A stretch of DNA of 64,000 bases from Promethearchaeota archaeon (GCA_019058295.1 JAHPZI010000026.1:11067-75066), one strand, 5' to 3'. Positions 9,951-20,606 are shown, counted from the stretch's first letter. Notes: generated by a model from the letters alone, not told the origin. Numbers and translations are program-made.

Positions 9951-11435
9951 ATGGCTTTACCGCTTCCAGGAACACCAGTTATAATTGATATCGGTAGTGC
10001 TTATGTTAAATTAGGTTTTGCTGGTGAACCTACACCTCGTTTTGTTTTTCCTTCTATTGTTGGTACTGAAAAATATAGAGCAGTAATGGTTGATGTTGGC
10101 GGTCAAAGGAATTATTACGTTGGAAATGATGCCATGAAAATGAGGGGCGTCCTTAAAGTAAATTATCCTATACAGAGAGGCGCGATTATGGATTGGGAGG
10201 CGTACTACGAGATTTTAAACTATATTTTTTATACTTTACTTAGAATAGAGAATCTTTCAAATTATCCCATAATATATGCTGAGCATCCTTTTGTACCAAG
10301 AGAAACTAAAGAATTTATAGCAAGAGTTTTGTTCGAAACGCATAAAGTTAATTCTTTAATAATGTTGCAATCCCCATTTTTATCAATGTTTTCCGTTGGG
10401 TTGACAACGGGATTGGTAATTGAGAGTGGGGACGGGCTAACTTGGATTGTTCCAATAGTTAATGGGATTATCCAACAACAAGCAATCCAAAAGTTAAATC
10501 TTGCTGGAATAGATGTAAATCACAATTTAAGAACGTTAATGATGAGAGAAGGAATTAACATTGAATCTTCAGCAGCAGCAGAAATATTAAAAGAAATAAA
10601 AGAAAAAAACTGCTATTTTGTATTAGATCCTCAATCTCCTCCACTTTCGCAAGGGTCCTTCGCGTATCCAATGCCTGATGGCTCGGTTAAACAAATTCCA
10701 AGTAATGTTTTGCATGAAGCTCCTGAGGTTATGTTTCAACCTGGTATGTTAGGTTATAATATAATGAATATCCCCCAGGCGATAATATATTGTTTACAAA
10801 TGATGGATAAAGCCTATTGGAGTGACTTATTATCACACATTGTACTTTCAGGCGGGAACCTCTCTTATAGCGGATTTGAAGAACGATTGAAACAGGAATT
10901 GATGACCCTTTTGCCTCAGTTGGGACCTATTCCTAAAGCTCAAGTTCAGCCAACTCCTATTGGCAGCCAAGAGCCTAAGCTTGAAGCAATTAAAGTAAAA
11001 GAAAAAACAATAGACACATGTCCTGAATGTGGTGAATTAGTAGACTTATCTGGTGGGGGGGAGTCCTGTCCTTCTTGTGGAGCGAGTATGAAATTGCCAC
11101 AATTATCCATAGATATAGGAAAGTCAATTGATAAGAAATCGAGGAAATGTCCCCATTGTAATAAAAAAATTATGGATGCATCATCTGTCTTTTGTCCATT
11201 CTGTGGAAAAGGAATTGCTGATAACTTTTCTAGTGTGAAAGAGTTTACAGATATCTCAGATTCAGATGAGGTTATTAAATTTTTTGTTCCTGATAATCTT
11301 CAATATGCTATTTTTAATGGATCCGCAATACTTGGAAGCCTTCCAAGCTTTCAGAATCTATTCGTTACATACGACGAATTTCAAAGTAATACAAATGCCT
11401 TATACAGAGAGATTTCTGATGTTTTTAAAATATAG
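9951..11435 (+). CDS. Actin-related protein with inserted double zinc ribbon
   Basis: IIDIGSAYVKLGFAGE..PRFVFPSIVG, YPIQRG, ESGDG, EIKEKNCY, PEVMFQP, VLSGG; insertion carrying CPEC/CPSC/CPHC/CPFC. Confidence 0.93.
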   Translation: MALPLPGTPVIIDIGSAYVKLGFAGEPTPRFVFPSIVGTEKYRAVMVDVGGQRNYYVGNDAMKMRGVLKVNYPIQRGAIMDWEAYYEILNYIFYTLLRIENLSNYPIIYAEHPFVPRETKEFIARVLFETHKVNSLIMLQSPFLSMFSVGLTTGLVIESGDGLTWIVPIVNGIIQQQAIQKLNLAGIDVNHNLRTLMMREGINIESSAAAEILKEIKEKNCYFVLDPQSPPLSQGSFAYPMPDGSVKQIPSNVLHEAPEVMFQPGMLGYNIMNIPQAIIYCLQMMDKAYWSDLLSHIVLSGGNLSYSGFEERLKQELMTLLPQLGPIPKAQVQPTPIGSQEPKLEAIKVKEKTIDTCPECGELVDLSGGGESCPSCGASMKLPQLSIDIGKSIDKKSRKCPHCNKKIMDASSVFCPFCGKGIADNFSSVKEFTDISDSDEVIKFFVPDNLQYAIFNGSAILGSLPSFQNLFVTYDEFQSNTNALYREISDVFKI

Positions 11436-11566
11436 CTAAAACTAATTATTTTTCATCAAGAATTATAAAAAAATCTACTTAAATTGTTTTAAATTTCGAT
11501 AATTTTTAATTTCAAGTTGAATTTAGAAATTTAAGTTTAAAAGATTAATCTAAGGTAATTACTTAA

Positions 11567-12721
11567 TTGAAAATATCGAAAATTCGATTATTAACAATTT
11601 TTATGTTATTCCTTGTGATCTCTTTAAGTTTATCACCATTCGCATTAGCAAAAACACGAAAAACGTATTTATCTGATTTTCTCTTAGATAATTTTATCGA
11701 TGATGAAGGTTTTTCAAACTGCAATAGAGAGGAATATCGTGAGGATAGTGATGAGGTATCATACGAAGCAACCGCTTATGCTTTAGAAATTCTTGGAGGT
11801 TATAATTTGTTAGAACAGAAAGATCTATTTGGAAAAGTCGAAAAGAGCTATAATTCTTCAGATCTTCAAGAAGATTTAGAAAAAACCCTTGATTCTATGT
11901 ATGGTTCTGGTTTTGAAGATATTTATGATACATATTATATTTTAAAATCATTAGAAGATATGGATGTTGAAATCGATGGAACTTTAGCTCTTCAAATTAA
12001 ACTATATCTCGATGCCACTGCCCAGAGCAATGGAGGTTTTGCTGGTACAGATACTTCTACATCAGCTACTCTAATTTCAACCTATTTTGCTTTACAAATT
12101 TATGACTTACTAGATCAACCTCTTCCAGATCCAAGAGGTTTTATCTTGTCGTGTGGTAATCCTGATGATGGTGGATATGGAGGTGATCCTACATCTTCCT
12201 CAACTATCGCCAATACATATTACGCTATTTTAATCATGGATTTTTTAGATGATTTTGGGGCTTTAATCTCAGAGAGTGCGACCATTGATTATCTTAATCA
12301 GTTTTATGTTGATGATGAGAATGATGAAGATAATTACGGGGGATATTTACCTGATCTAATAAATGCTAAATATGCATTACTTAGTAGTACTTACTATTGT
12401 CTAAAAGCCATTTCTTTACTCGATAAAGATGAAATAGAAGATGAAGATGCTACCTCAGAATGGCTTTTAGATCGACAGAATTTCCAAGACGGAGGTTTTG
12501 TTGATCAAAGTGAAGGATACGAACAAAAATTTTCTTCAGTAATTAGTACGTATTTTGCCCTAGAAGCGTTAGATTTACTAGGTAAGGAAGATCTATTAGA
12601 AGAAAAAGTTTTCATGTTAGAATGGGAATGGTATGATTGGTTAATATTCTGTATTATATTGATAGCTCTTATCGCATTGGCTATAATAGGTATTTATATT
12701 AGACGAAAAAGAAGATTATAA
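11567..12721 (+). CDS. Secreted, membrane-anchored prenyltransferase/squalene-oxidase-repeat (alpha/alpha barrel) protein
   Basis: Signal peptide, repeated QxxDGG[FY]...STY[YF]AL units, C-terminal TM plus RRKRR tail. Confidence 0.75.
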   Translation: MKISKIRLLTIFMLFLVISLSLSPFALAKTRKTYLSDFLLDNFIDDEGFSNCNREEYREDSDEVSYEATAYALEILGGYNLLEQKDLFGKVEKSYNSSDLQEDLEKTLDSMYGSGFEDIYDTYYILKSLEDMDVEIDGTLALQIKLYLDATAQSNGGFAGTDTSTSATLISTYFALQIYDLLDQPLPDPRGFILSCGNPDDGGYGGDPTSSSTIANTYYAILIMDFLDDFGALISESATIDYLNQFYVDDENDEDNYGGYLPDLINAKYALLSSTYYCLKAISLLDKDEIEDEDATSEWLLDRQNFQDGGFVDQSEGYEQKFSSVISTYFALEALDLLGKEDLLEEKVFMLEWEWYDWLIFCIILIALIALAIIGIYIRRKRRL

Positions 12722-12819
12722 AACATTCTCGTTCCTTTTTATATTTATTCAATACCATTCTTCAAGCTAAAATAGAATTTCTTGAAAATTAATAATATAA
12801 AAGAATAATTCAATGCGAT

Positions 12820-13689
12820 TTGGTAATAATGGGAAAAATTCTCGATGGAAGAAAACTGGCAGATAAATTGAATTTAGAATTAAAAAATGAAATTGATGAA
12901 GTCATAAAAAGGACAAGAATCAAACCAAAATTAGCCACAATTTTGGTTGGAGAAGATCCAGCATCAAAAATATATGTGAATATCAAACATAAAACATGTA
13001 CTCAAGTTGGGATTGAATCATATCAAGTTAATCTGAGTAAGGATATAAACAAGACAGAATTAATTAATGAAATAGAAAAATTAAATCAAGATGCAAATAT
13101 TCATGGGATCTTATTACAATTGCCTCTCCCCTTGAAAATTCGAGACTTTACACCTCAATTTCTTGAAAAAATTTCACCACTTAAAGATGTAGATGGTTTT
13201 CATCCTATAAATAGAGGTAAACTCTTTGATTATAACGAAGAATTAGCTCCGTGTACCCCTAAAGGCATAATTGCACTGTTAGAACATTATAATGTCGAAA
13301 TAAAAGGAAAAGATGTAACCATAATTAATCGGTCCAATCTTGTAGGGAAACCATTGATTTTTATGCTTTTAAAAAGAAATGCTACCCCTACTATATGCCA
13401 TACATCTACTAAAGACTTAGACCGCTTTATAAAGCAAGCAGATATTTTAGTAGTCGCTGTAAGCCGACCAAAATTTATTTCTAAAGAAAAAATTAAAGAA
13501 GGTGTGATAATAATTGATGTCGGAACCAATAGGGTAGAAGGTAAATTATGTGGAGATGTAGACTTTGAAGATGTATTAGAAAAAGTTAGTATGATTACGC
13601 CAGTTCCAGGTGGTGTTGGTCCGATGACTGTAAGTTATTTACTTCAAAATACTTTCAATGTGTTTAAAAAACAAATAAATATAAATTAA
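12820..13689 (+). CDS. folD: Methylenetetrahydrofolate dehydrogenase/cyclohydrolase
   Basis: ILDG, YVNIK, GILLQLPLP, KDVDGFHP, PCTP, RSNLVGKP, TPVPGGVGPMT. Confidence 0.97.
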   Translation: MVIMGKILDGRKLADKLNLELKNEIDEVIKRTRIKPKLATILVGEDPASKIYVNIKHKTCTQVGIESYQVNLSKDINKTELINEIEKLNQDANIHGILLQLPLPLKIRDFTPQFLEKISPLKDVDGFHPINRGKLFDYNEELAPCTPKGIIALLEHYNVEIKGKDVTIINRSNLVGKPLIFMLLKRNATPTICHTSTKDLDRFIKQADILVVAVSRPKFISKEKIKEGVIIIDVGTNRVEGKLCGDVDFEDVLEKVSMITPVPGGVGPMTVSYLLQNTFNVFKKQININ

Positions 13690-13800
13690 ATAAAAATCGA
13701 AGAAAAAAAATAAATTAATAAATTATTATTTTAACATTATAAAATAAACAATTAAAGATTATTCCAAAATTTAATTAAATATATTTGTATAATTCGGGTT

Positions 13801-14253
13801 ATGGCTGTCCTTGAATGCGGAATTAATATAGGTAATAGAAATTTAATAGAGGTTCGATACTACGCATCATCAGACGTTTTAGATCCAAATCTCCGTGCAG
13901 GATTTCTATCTGCTTTAGAAAGTTTTACCACTGAAGTATTCTCTGACAGCATCAATGTAGTTTCCCTTGCTTCTTTTAAATTAGTTTGTTTCTGTGAGAT
14001 GGTAGCATTACCCGGTGATGACGAAGATAATACGCAGCCCCTGTTAGCATATGCCATAATAGAAAAAGAAACTGAGTCAGAAGTAGTCAAACGTCTTTTA
14101 AATCAGATTATTATGACTTTTACTAATCGCTATTCTGTCTTAGATATTTTCGAAAAGAAACCTAAATATTTCAGAAAATTTGATATAAGGATTAGCGATA
14201 TTCTTGGTGATTTAAAAATGAAAACAGAAGACCGGTTCAAATCTCTCTTCTAA
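13801..14253 (+). CDS. Longin-like domain protein (putative)
   Basis: beta-beta-alpha(DPNLRAGFLSALESFTTEV)-beta-beta-beta-alpha-alpha pattern typical of Asgard longin-like proteins. Confidence 0.55.
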   Translation: MAVLECGINIGNRNLIEVRYYASSDVLDPNLRAGFLSALESFTTEVFSDSINVVSLASFKLVCFCEMVALPGDDEDNTQPLLAYAIIEKETESEVVKRLLNQIIMTFTNRYSVLDIFEKKPKYFRKFDIRISDILGDLKMKTEDRFKSLF

Positions 14254-14290
14254 AGTAATGTCTTAAATTATTTTTTAGTTGTGATATAAT

Positions 14291-15484
14291 TTGAGTTCGA
14301 ATATTGGACCTGAAGCGCAAGCTGCTTACCAGAAATATCTTGATGCTGGGACTTTAGATGAAAAAATTAAGAGATTAGAAGAATTTCTCTCTCTAGTTCC
14401 TAAACATAAAGCAACCGAGAGAATTGTAGCTCTCAATAGATCTCGTCTCGCTAAATTAAAGCGTCAACAAGAAGAACATAAACAGAGATTGAAATCCTTA
14501 GGTAAAAAAAGTCCATTTTCAATCAAAAAAGAAGGTATTCAAGTAATTCTGATAAGTGATTATTATAATCCAGGTGTTGGAAAGAGTTCAATTTTAAATT
14601 ACTTAACCGGGGCAGCTAAAAAGAAAATTGGTAAATTTACGTCAATTCCTGAAATAGGGATATATAAATTTAAAAAAATAAAATTTCAAATTGTTGAGAT
14701 GCCCTCCATAATGGAAGGTGCGTCAAAAGGAGTAGGCAATGGTAAAGAAATTCTTGCACAAATTAGGTCCTCAGATTTAATCTGTATTTGTATTGATTTA
14801 TCACGAAATTTTGAAAATCAGATGAATTTAATACTAACCGAACTTTCTAACGCAGATATTAAAATAAATGATCCTCCTCCCCCTATAACTATTGAAAAAA
14901 CGGGTTCCAACAAAATCCAAATATTTTACTTAACAAGTGAAGCTCAAAAAATGGAAAACATGGAGGATTTAAACGAAAAAATAATTGAAGTTGTTCAAGA
15001 AGCTGGAATCCGAAATGGAATTGTAAAAATTTATGGTGAAATCAATCTTGATCAAGTTGTAGACGCTTTAACTCCTTCAGTAGTATATAAAAATGCATTA
15101 ATTTTAGGAACTAAAGGAGATCTCCCTCACACTGAAACTGCTTATATTGATTTAAAAAACCAATATTCTTCTCAATTTCCACTAATTTTTGGTACAAGTG
15201 TTAAGAAAAACAACTTTCCTAACAATTTTGGAGATATTATATTAGAAATTTTGAAAAAAATAAAGATTTACACTATGAACATTTCTGGAAAAGTTGCTGA
15301 GAAACCTCTTATAATGGATAAGGGTGCCACTGTAAAAGATGTAGCATTTCGGATTCATAAAAGTTTCAAAGAATTATTTGATTATGCCGTAATCGTTAGA
15401 GAAGGAGCTCGTCAAAAAAAGAAAAGAGTGGGTATAGATTATAAATTAGAAGATAATGATATTATAGAGATTCATACTATTTAA
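14291..15484 (+). CDS. DRG/OBG-family GTPase with TGS domain, divergent G motifs
   Basis: VPKHKATE N-terminus, PGVGKSS, EGASKGVGNGKEIL, TKGD, C-terminal TGS (RVGIDYKLEDNDIIEI). Confidence 0.85.
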   Translation: MSSNIGPEAQAAYQKYLDAGTLDEKIKRLEEFLSLVPKHKATERIVALNRSRLAKLKRQQEEHKQRLKSLGKKSPFSIKKEGIQVILISDYYNPGVGKSSILNYLTGAAKKKIGKFTSIPEIGIYKFKKIKFQIVEMPSIMEGASKGVGNGKEILAQIRSSDLICICIDLSRNFENQMNLILTELSNADIKINDPPPPITIEKTGSNKIQIFYLTSEAQKMENMEDLNEKIIEVVQEAGIRNGIVKIYGEINLDQVVDALTPSVVYKNALILGTKGDLPHTETAYIDLKNQYSSQFPLIFGTSVKKNNFPNNFGDIILEILKKIKIYTMNISGKVAEKPLIMDKGATVKDVAFRIHKSFKELFDYAVIVREGARQKKKRVGIDYKLEDNDIIEIHTI

Positions 15485-15545
15485 ACTATAAAATAGCTAT
15501 TTTAATTTAAAACTAGAAGAATAAAATGATTTATTTCTTATTATT

Positions 15546-18221
15546 TCAATTCGACTTTATAAATTCAATTATTTTAGGAATTTCAGAGATTTGATCTATA
15601 TAAACTTGATTTAAATTAGAAATTCCTCCTGAAATATTTTTAATACTTTCAAACGAGTAAATTAAATTCTCTAGATAATCAATAATATCTCCCTTAAAAA
15701 CCAGAATTTTATATTCTTCATTTAAATATTCGCAAATTTGCTCTATGGAAAGTTTTTCATTGATTCTTAAATTAAGAATAATATTTTCAAGATTGAGCCG
15801 ACCGCAATCGCAATATGGACTATCTTTACAATTACAATTAAATATGTCATTAATCCATTTTGTAATAAAGTTAATAAATTCTTTTGAAAATGTTTTTCTC
15901 TTCTTAATATATTCAGCATTCATTAAAGAAAGAACGCTTGCACTAAATAAATTGTTAGAAAAATACTTCATACTTACGTTTTTAGATAAATCTGCTACGA
16001 TCTTTTTAGAGATATACACATTCCTTAACGGTTTTAAGTCAAGTGCCAAATCTAATACACTTTCGATTTTATTTAATTTTAATTTTTCTATAATATCTAA
16101 ACTCTGATCAACTGTAAGAAAAGATTTCGATACAGATTGTCCTAAATTAGTAGGTTTATGAATGAAATTTTCTTTTATCCTTATTAATTTTAAAGAATTT
16201 AATTTTTTTAATACTTGGTCGAGATTATACTCTTGATTAATTAATAAATCGTAGAATGCATAAATATGATCTAATTCAATTCCTTGATTAAACATTGAGA
16301 TAAACGCGAGCAATTCTGTAATTGATTTATCTTCGTCAGGAATTAATTCGAAATCTTTAATTTTTCCATTTAATAATTTAATTGCTATATTTTCTTCTGT
16401 AATTTTCATTTTTGGCGAATAAACTTTCCCAGGCTCAACAAGTAAATATGTCAACCCCAAATCATGCTTTCCTAATCTACCAGCTCTTCCTAACATTTGC
16501 TCAAATTCGGCTACTGTTAACCAATTTATTCCCATCGCTAAAGATTCGAATATTACTTGAAGCGCAGGAAGGTCTACACCTGCAGCTAAAGCTGCTGTGG
16601 CAACAACACCTGCAATTTTTTGTGATTGAAATTCTAACTCAATAACCTTTCTTTCTTCCGTTGTTAACCCACTATGGTATGATCTAACGAAAATGTTCCT
16701 ATTCTGAAGATATGCTGTTAAGGCTTCGCATTTTTTTCGTGTATTTGTAAATATGATTGATTGTCCTTTAAAACCATATTTTGATTTTCTTTTAAAAGCC
16801 GCTCGCACAATTTTTGAAATTAATTGATGTTTTCTTTGTTCATTTAAAGCTAATATTAGATGGCGCTCAATTGGAACAGGCCTATTATTGTATTGAATTA
16901 AAGATGCATTTAATTTTTGTGCAAGTGTTTCTGGTTCTCCAATCGTAGCACTTAGATATAAATATTGAGAATTTCTATATAGCGACTTTAACCGAGCGAT
17001 AAAACCGTCTAATAAAAAACCCCGGTCAGGATCGATCAAGGTTTGAATTTCATCAATAATAATGGTACCAATACTTCCTAATCGCTCTTTGTTTCCACTT
17101 CTTAGTATATAATCAATTGCTTCATAAGTCGCTATAATGATGTCGGCATTTATTAGTTCCTCTAAATTATCATCTTCTTCCTTTTTATCAAGCAAAGATT
17201 CTCCCACTCTTTTAAAAATTCTCAGATTAAGAGGTTTATACTTATTCTTGAACTCTTCTGTTCTTATATTAGCTAAAGCAACAATGGGAACCAAATATAA
17301 CATTTTCTTTTTATCCATTAATATCTTTGAAACTCCTGCCAATTCTCCAACTAAAGTTTTACCTCCTGAAGTTGGCGCCATTATTAATTGATCTTTTCGG
17401 TCTGAAAGTAGACCATTATCTATAGAGATCGCTTGAATTGGTAAAAGTGTAGAAATCTCCATATTTTCTAAAATATTTTTCAAAGAACCTGGCACACTAA
17501 GATTTTTGACTTTATAATTAAGATATTTTTGGCTTACATCAGGATTCTTTTCGATGTCATATAACGTAATTTCTCTATTCCCAACAGGATTAAAATCAGA
17601 TTTAAAAGCACTTAAGACTTTTTTAACATCTTTAAATTTCAAAATCATATGATTAAAGAAATTTTTTAATTTAGGGTTAATACGCTGATCCATGGATAAT
17701 AGACCAATAAGCTGTGCTTCTCTTATAATGATATCCATAGCACAATTAGAACAAATTATATCATTTTTATACGATTTTATCTGAATATTTTTATCTAATA
17801 TCGTAAATTTTCCCTCATCTAAACATAATTTACAAAATGTTAATTGAGTTATCTTATCTTTATCTAATTGAAAATTTTTAAGCATCTCCATTATTGGCGC
17901 AAATTCTTTAGATTCTGTTTGACTCGAAAATGCAATAAATTTATTTTCATCAGCAAGCAAGAATTTTTTGAAAAGGCGAGGATCTATAGGTATTTGATTT
18001 TGCTTTCCATCTTCCTGAGTTTTTGTAAATTTTAAGGGACGCATTTTATTTTTAATATCTAATCCAAATGTAACTAACCCTCTAAAGAAAGGCTCATTCA
18101 CATAAGAGATGGTTTTCGAGCGCGATTTTAAATAGAAAAAATTAACATTAAACATTAACTCGATTTTTTGCTTATGTATTTTATCAATAACTATAAAGTA
18201 ATTCTTTAAAGGAATAGTCAA
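15546..18221 (-). CDS. Archaeal superfamily-2 (Ski2-like, DUF5814-type) helicase
   Basis: LLPIQ, APTSGGKT, DEIQ, SAT, YHSGL, TAALAAGVDLPA, QMLGRAGR, C-terminal CxCxxxPYCxC. Confidence 0.88.
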   Translation of the reverse strand: MTIPLKNYFIVIDKIHKQKIELMFNVNFFYLKSRSKTISYVNEPFFRGLVTFGLDIKNKMRPLKFTKTQEDGKQNQIPIDPRLFKKFLLADENKFIAFSSQTESKEFAPIMEMLKNFQLDKDKITQLTFCKLCLDEGKFTILDKNIQIKSYKNDIICSNCAMDIIIREAQLIGLLSMDQRINPKLKNFFNHMILKFKDVKKVLSAFKSDFNPVGNREITLYDIEKNPDVSQKYLNYKVKNLSVPGSLKNILENMEISTLLPIQAISIDNGLLSDRKDQLIMAPTSGGKTLVGELAGVSKILMDKKKMLYLVPIVALANIRTEEFKNKYKPLNLRIFKRVGESLLDKKEEDDNLEELINADIIIATYEAIDYILRSGNKERLGSIGTIIIDEIQTLIDPDRGFLLDGFIARLKSLYRNSQYLYLSATIGEPETLAQKLNASLIQYNNRPVPIERHLILALNEQRKHQLISKIVRAAFKRKSKYGFKGQSIIFTNTRKKCEALTAYLQNRNIFVRSYHSGLTTEERKVIELEFQSQKIAGVVATAALAAGVDLPALQVIFESLAMGINWLTVAEFEQMLGRAGRLGKHDLGLTYLLVEPGKVYSPKMKITEENIAIKLLNGKIKDFELIPDEDKSITELLAFISMFNQGIELDHIYAFYDLLINQEYNLDQVLKKLNSLKLIRIKENFIHKPTNLGQSVSKSFLTVDQSLDIIEKLKLNKIESVLDLALDLKPLRNVYISKKIVADLSKNVSMKYFSNNLFSASVLSLMNAEYIKKRKTFSKEFINFITKWINDIFNCNCKDSPYCDCGRLNLENIILNLRINEKLSIEQICEYLNEEYKILVFKGDIIDYLENLIYSFESIKNISGGISNLNQVYIDQISEIPKIIEFIKSN

Positions 18222-18497
18222 GTGTTAACACAGCTAAAAGTTTTATAAATTTAAATCAGTATATAATGCTATAAGGATTTATCGAATGTTAATTTTATTA
18301 TTTCTTAATAATAAAAATGTTCCTAAAAATTATATTGAAAATATACTATATTGGTATATCTGGGTAGTTTAAAATATATTTAATGTTGTAACTTCTCATG
18401 TTTTTAGAGGAAATAAGCCTAATCTGAAAATATTTATAAATTAATAAAAATAAATAAAAATTACATTAATGGAATTTTTTTCCAGTGCGGTGAAAAC

Positions 18498-20063
18498 ATG
18501 TCGAGAAGAAATATAAATATAGTCATAATTTTGATTTTAGGGATTCTTTTTTGCTCGGTTTGTTTTTCAATAAATATAAGTTATAAAAATGAAAATAGAA
18601 TAAAACAAGATGAAAAATCTATAATTGAAAGGCAACCAATAGAACAATCTTTAGACACTACTACTAATAACAAAAATGAAATAGATACAAACATAGATCC
18701 TACCAGTACGGTTTCTTATGATTTACAAACTGGAATTGAAACAATAATTCCAAGTAAATCATATTCGAAATTGAATAAAGAATCATATTTTAATATAGCA
18801 GAACCAATTGTAAATCCATCATCCGCAGAAAAGACTTCTCTTATTGAAAATAGTATAAAAAAATCTGAAGATGAAATTATTATAAATGATGTAATACTTC
18901 CTGATGACAGAGAAAGAGAGACTTCAACAACCATTTACCCTTTGAGCACTATATGTAAACTATATATAACAGCTGCTGATAATGACGAATACCATGGATC
19001 AGGATTTTTAGTTGATAGTTATCATGTCTTAACAGCAGGGCATTGCGTCTTCATCCATGATCATGGTGGTTGGGTTAGATCCATAGAAGTTGTCCCAGGA
19101 AAGGATTTCAATAATGAACCTTATGGTCGTGCATATTATACAACTTCTAGATCTTATACTGCTTGGACAATTGATGAAAATCAAAATCACGATTGGGCCC
19201 TTATAACACTTGATCGTCTTATAGGAGCAGATACAGGTATTATGCCATTCCGAACATTTGATATTGCAAATCCTGTATATAGTGGACCTTTAAGCGTAGC
19301 AGGATATCCGACAGATTATCCATTTATTGGATCCCTCTATGAAGGTGAATTCATGCTTAGTTCTACCGAAAGCGGTGTTTCGGTTAGCGATACCATTCAT
19401 TGGTATAATATGGACACTTATGGCGGAATGAGTGGCGGTCCTGTTTGGAGAGAGGAAAGTCCAGGTAATCTTTATGCGCTCTCAATCCATGCATATGGAA
19501 ATAATGATGGGACTGGTCTCAACCATGGAACCCGAATAAATGAAGAGAAATTCAATCGGCTTCATGCTTGGTTAAGGGAAGATGCAATTCCTGATATGGT
19601 AAAGTCTGATGCTGGATGTTCTTCATCTCCAGTTGGAGGTAATAGAGAATTAGAAGCTTGGTGTGAAGTCAGAAATATTGGTTCTGGTGAAACAGGTGAA
19701 ATTACAGTTAAATATTACGCATCAGAAGATAAAAAAATCAAAGATTCTGATACACTTCTTGGAAAAGACACAATCTCATCAATACCTCCTCTTGATATTG
19801 TAAAATCTTCTTGGAAAGGTCATATTTATGATCTTCCGGAAGGAGAATATTATATAGGCTTCATTATAGATGAGAATGATGATATTATTGAGTTTGATGA
19901 AGACAATAATAAAGGGTTATGTAGCTCTGATCCAATTAAAGTGAGATACGATTTTATCATTCAGTTTTTTACATCGGTTCCTGGATTTATAACAATTGGT
20001 AGTGTTGCTCTTATTTCAATAGGTACTATTTTAGTTGAGAAAAAATTAATTGTTAAAAGATAA
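18498..20063 (+). CDS. Secreted V8/glutamyl-endopeptidase-like serine protease with CARDB-like domain and C-terminal anchor
   Basis: Signal/TM, TAGHC, DWAL, GMSGGP catalytic triad; VRNIG...IDENDDIIEFDEDNN; C-terminal hydrophobic helix. Confidence 0.88.
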   Translation: MSRRNINIVIILILGILFCSVCFSINISYKNENRIKQDEKSIIERQPIEQSLDTTTNNKNEIDTNIDPTSTVSYDLQTGIETIIPSKSYSKLNKESYFNIAEPIVNPSSAEKTSLIENSIKKSEDEIIINDVILPDDRERETSTTIYPLSTICKLYITAADNDEYHGSGFLVDSYHVLTAGHCVFIHDHGGWVRSIEVVPGKDFNNEPYGRAYYTTSRSYTAWTIDENQNHDWALITLDRLIGADTGIMPFRTFDIANPVYSGPLSVAGYPTDYPFIGSLYEGEFMLSSTESGVSVSDTIHWYNMDTYGGMSGGPVWREESPGNLYALSIHAYGNNDGTGLNHGTRINEEKFNRLHAWLREDAIPDMVKSDAGCSSSPVGGNRELEAWCEVRNIGSGETGEITVKYYASEDKKIKDSDTLLGKDTISSIPPLDIVKSSWKGHIYDLPEGEYYIGFIIDENDDIIEFDEDNNKGLCSSDPIKVRYDFIIQFFTSVPGFITIGSVALISIGTILVEKKLIVKR

Positions 20064-20481
20064 AATTGATGAGGCAATTTTTATGAAATTTAAAGTAAAT
20101 ATAACGAAAATTATTGGAGTAATAATCGGTCTTGTTGGAGTAATAATTGCAATAATTTTATTGATACCAGGTCTTCAGCCTATGATGGCATGGACAGATG
20201 GTTCTAATAATCAAACGATACTTTCGGGATATCTAATACTTACAATTTTAATAGCTTGGGTCGTTGCGATTGTTGGTGTTGTCTTAGGATTTTTAACAGA
20301 ACGATATGGCGGTCTTTTTTTCATAGTAGCTGCTGGTATTTGCATCGGAATCTTTTCATATTGCTTCATTTCTTCATTCGATAGCCCTGATCCCTCTGTT
20401 TTTAGCCTTGTGACTATTCCTTTTGGGGGGTTTCTTTACTTGGTTGGAGGAATAATTACTATTTTAGGAGAGAAAAAATAA
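20050..20481 (+). CDS. Four-TM membrane protein
   Basis: Four hydrophobic segments; start may be the downstream ATG (MKFKV). Confidence 0.7.
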   Translation: MLKDKIDEAIFMKFKVNITKIIGVIIGLVGVIIAIILLIPGLQPMMAWTDGSNNQTILSGYLILTILIAWVVAIVGVVLGFLTERYGGLFFIVAAGICIGIFSYCFISSFDSPDPSVFSLVTIPFGGFLYLVGGIITILGEKK

Positions 20482-20606
20482 TAATCCTTTTTTCACTCAT
20501 AATTTTTCTTTTAAAATTATTTTAAGAAGAAATAAAAAGTTGCATAACAAACAGTTTTAAAGATCAAAAGTGAATAAAATAAGAAATATAAATCAATATA
20601 TAAAGT

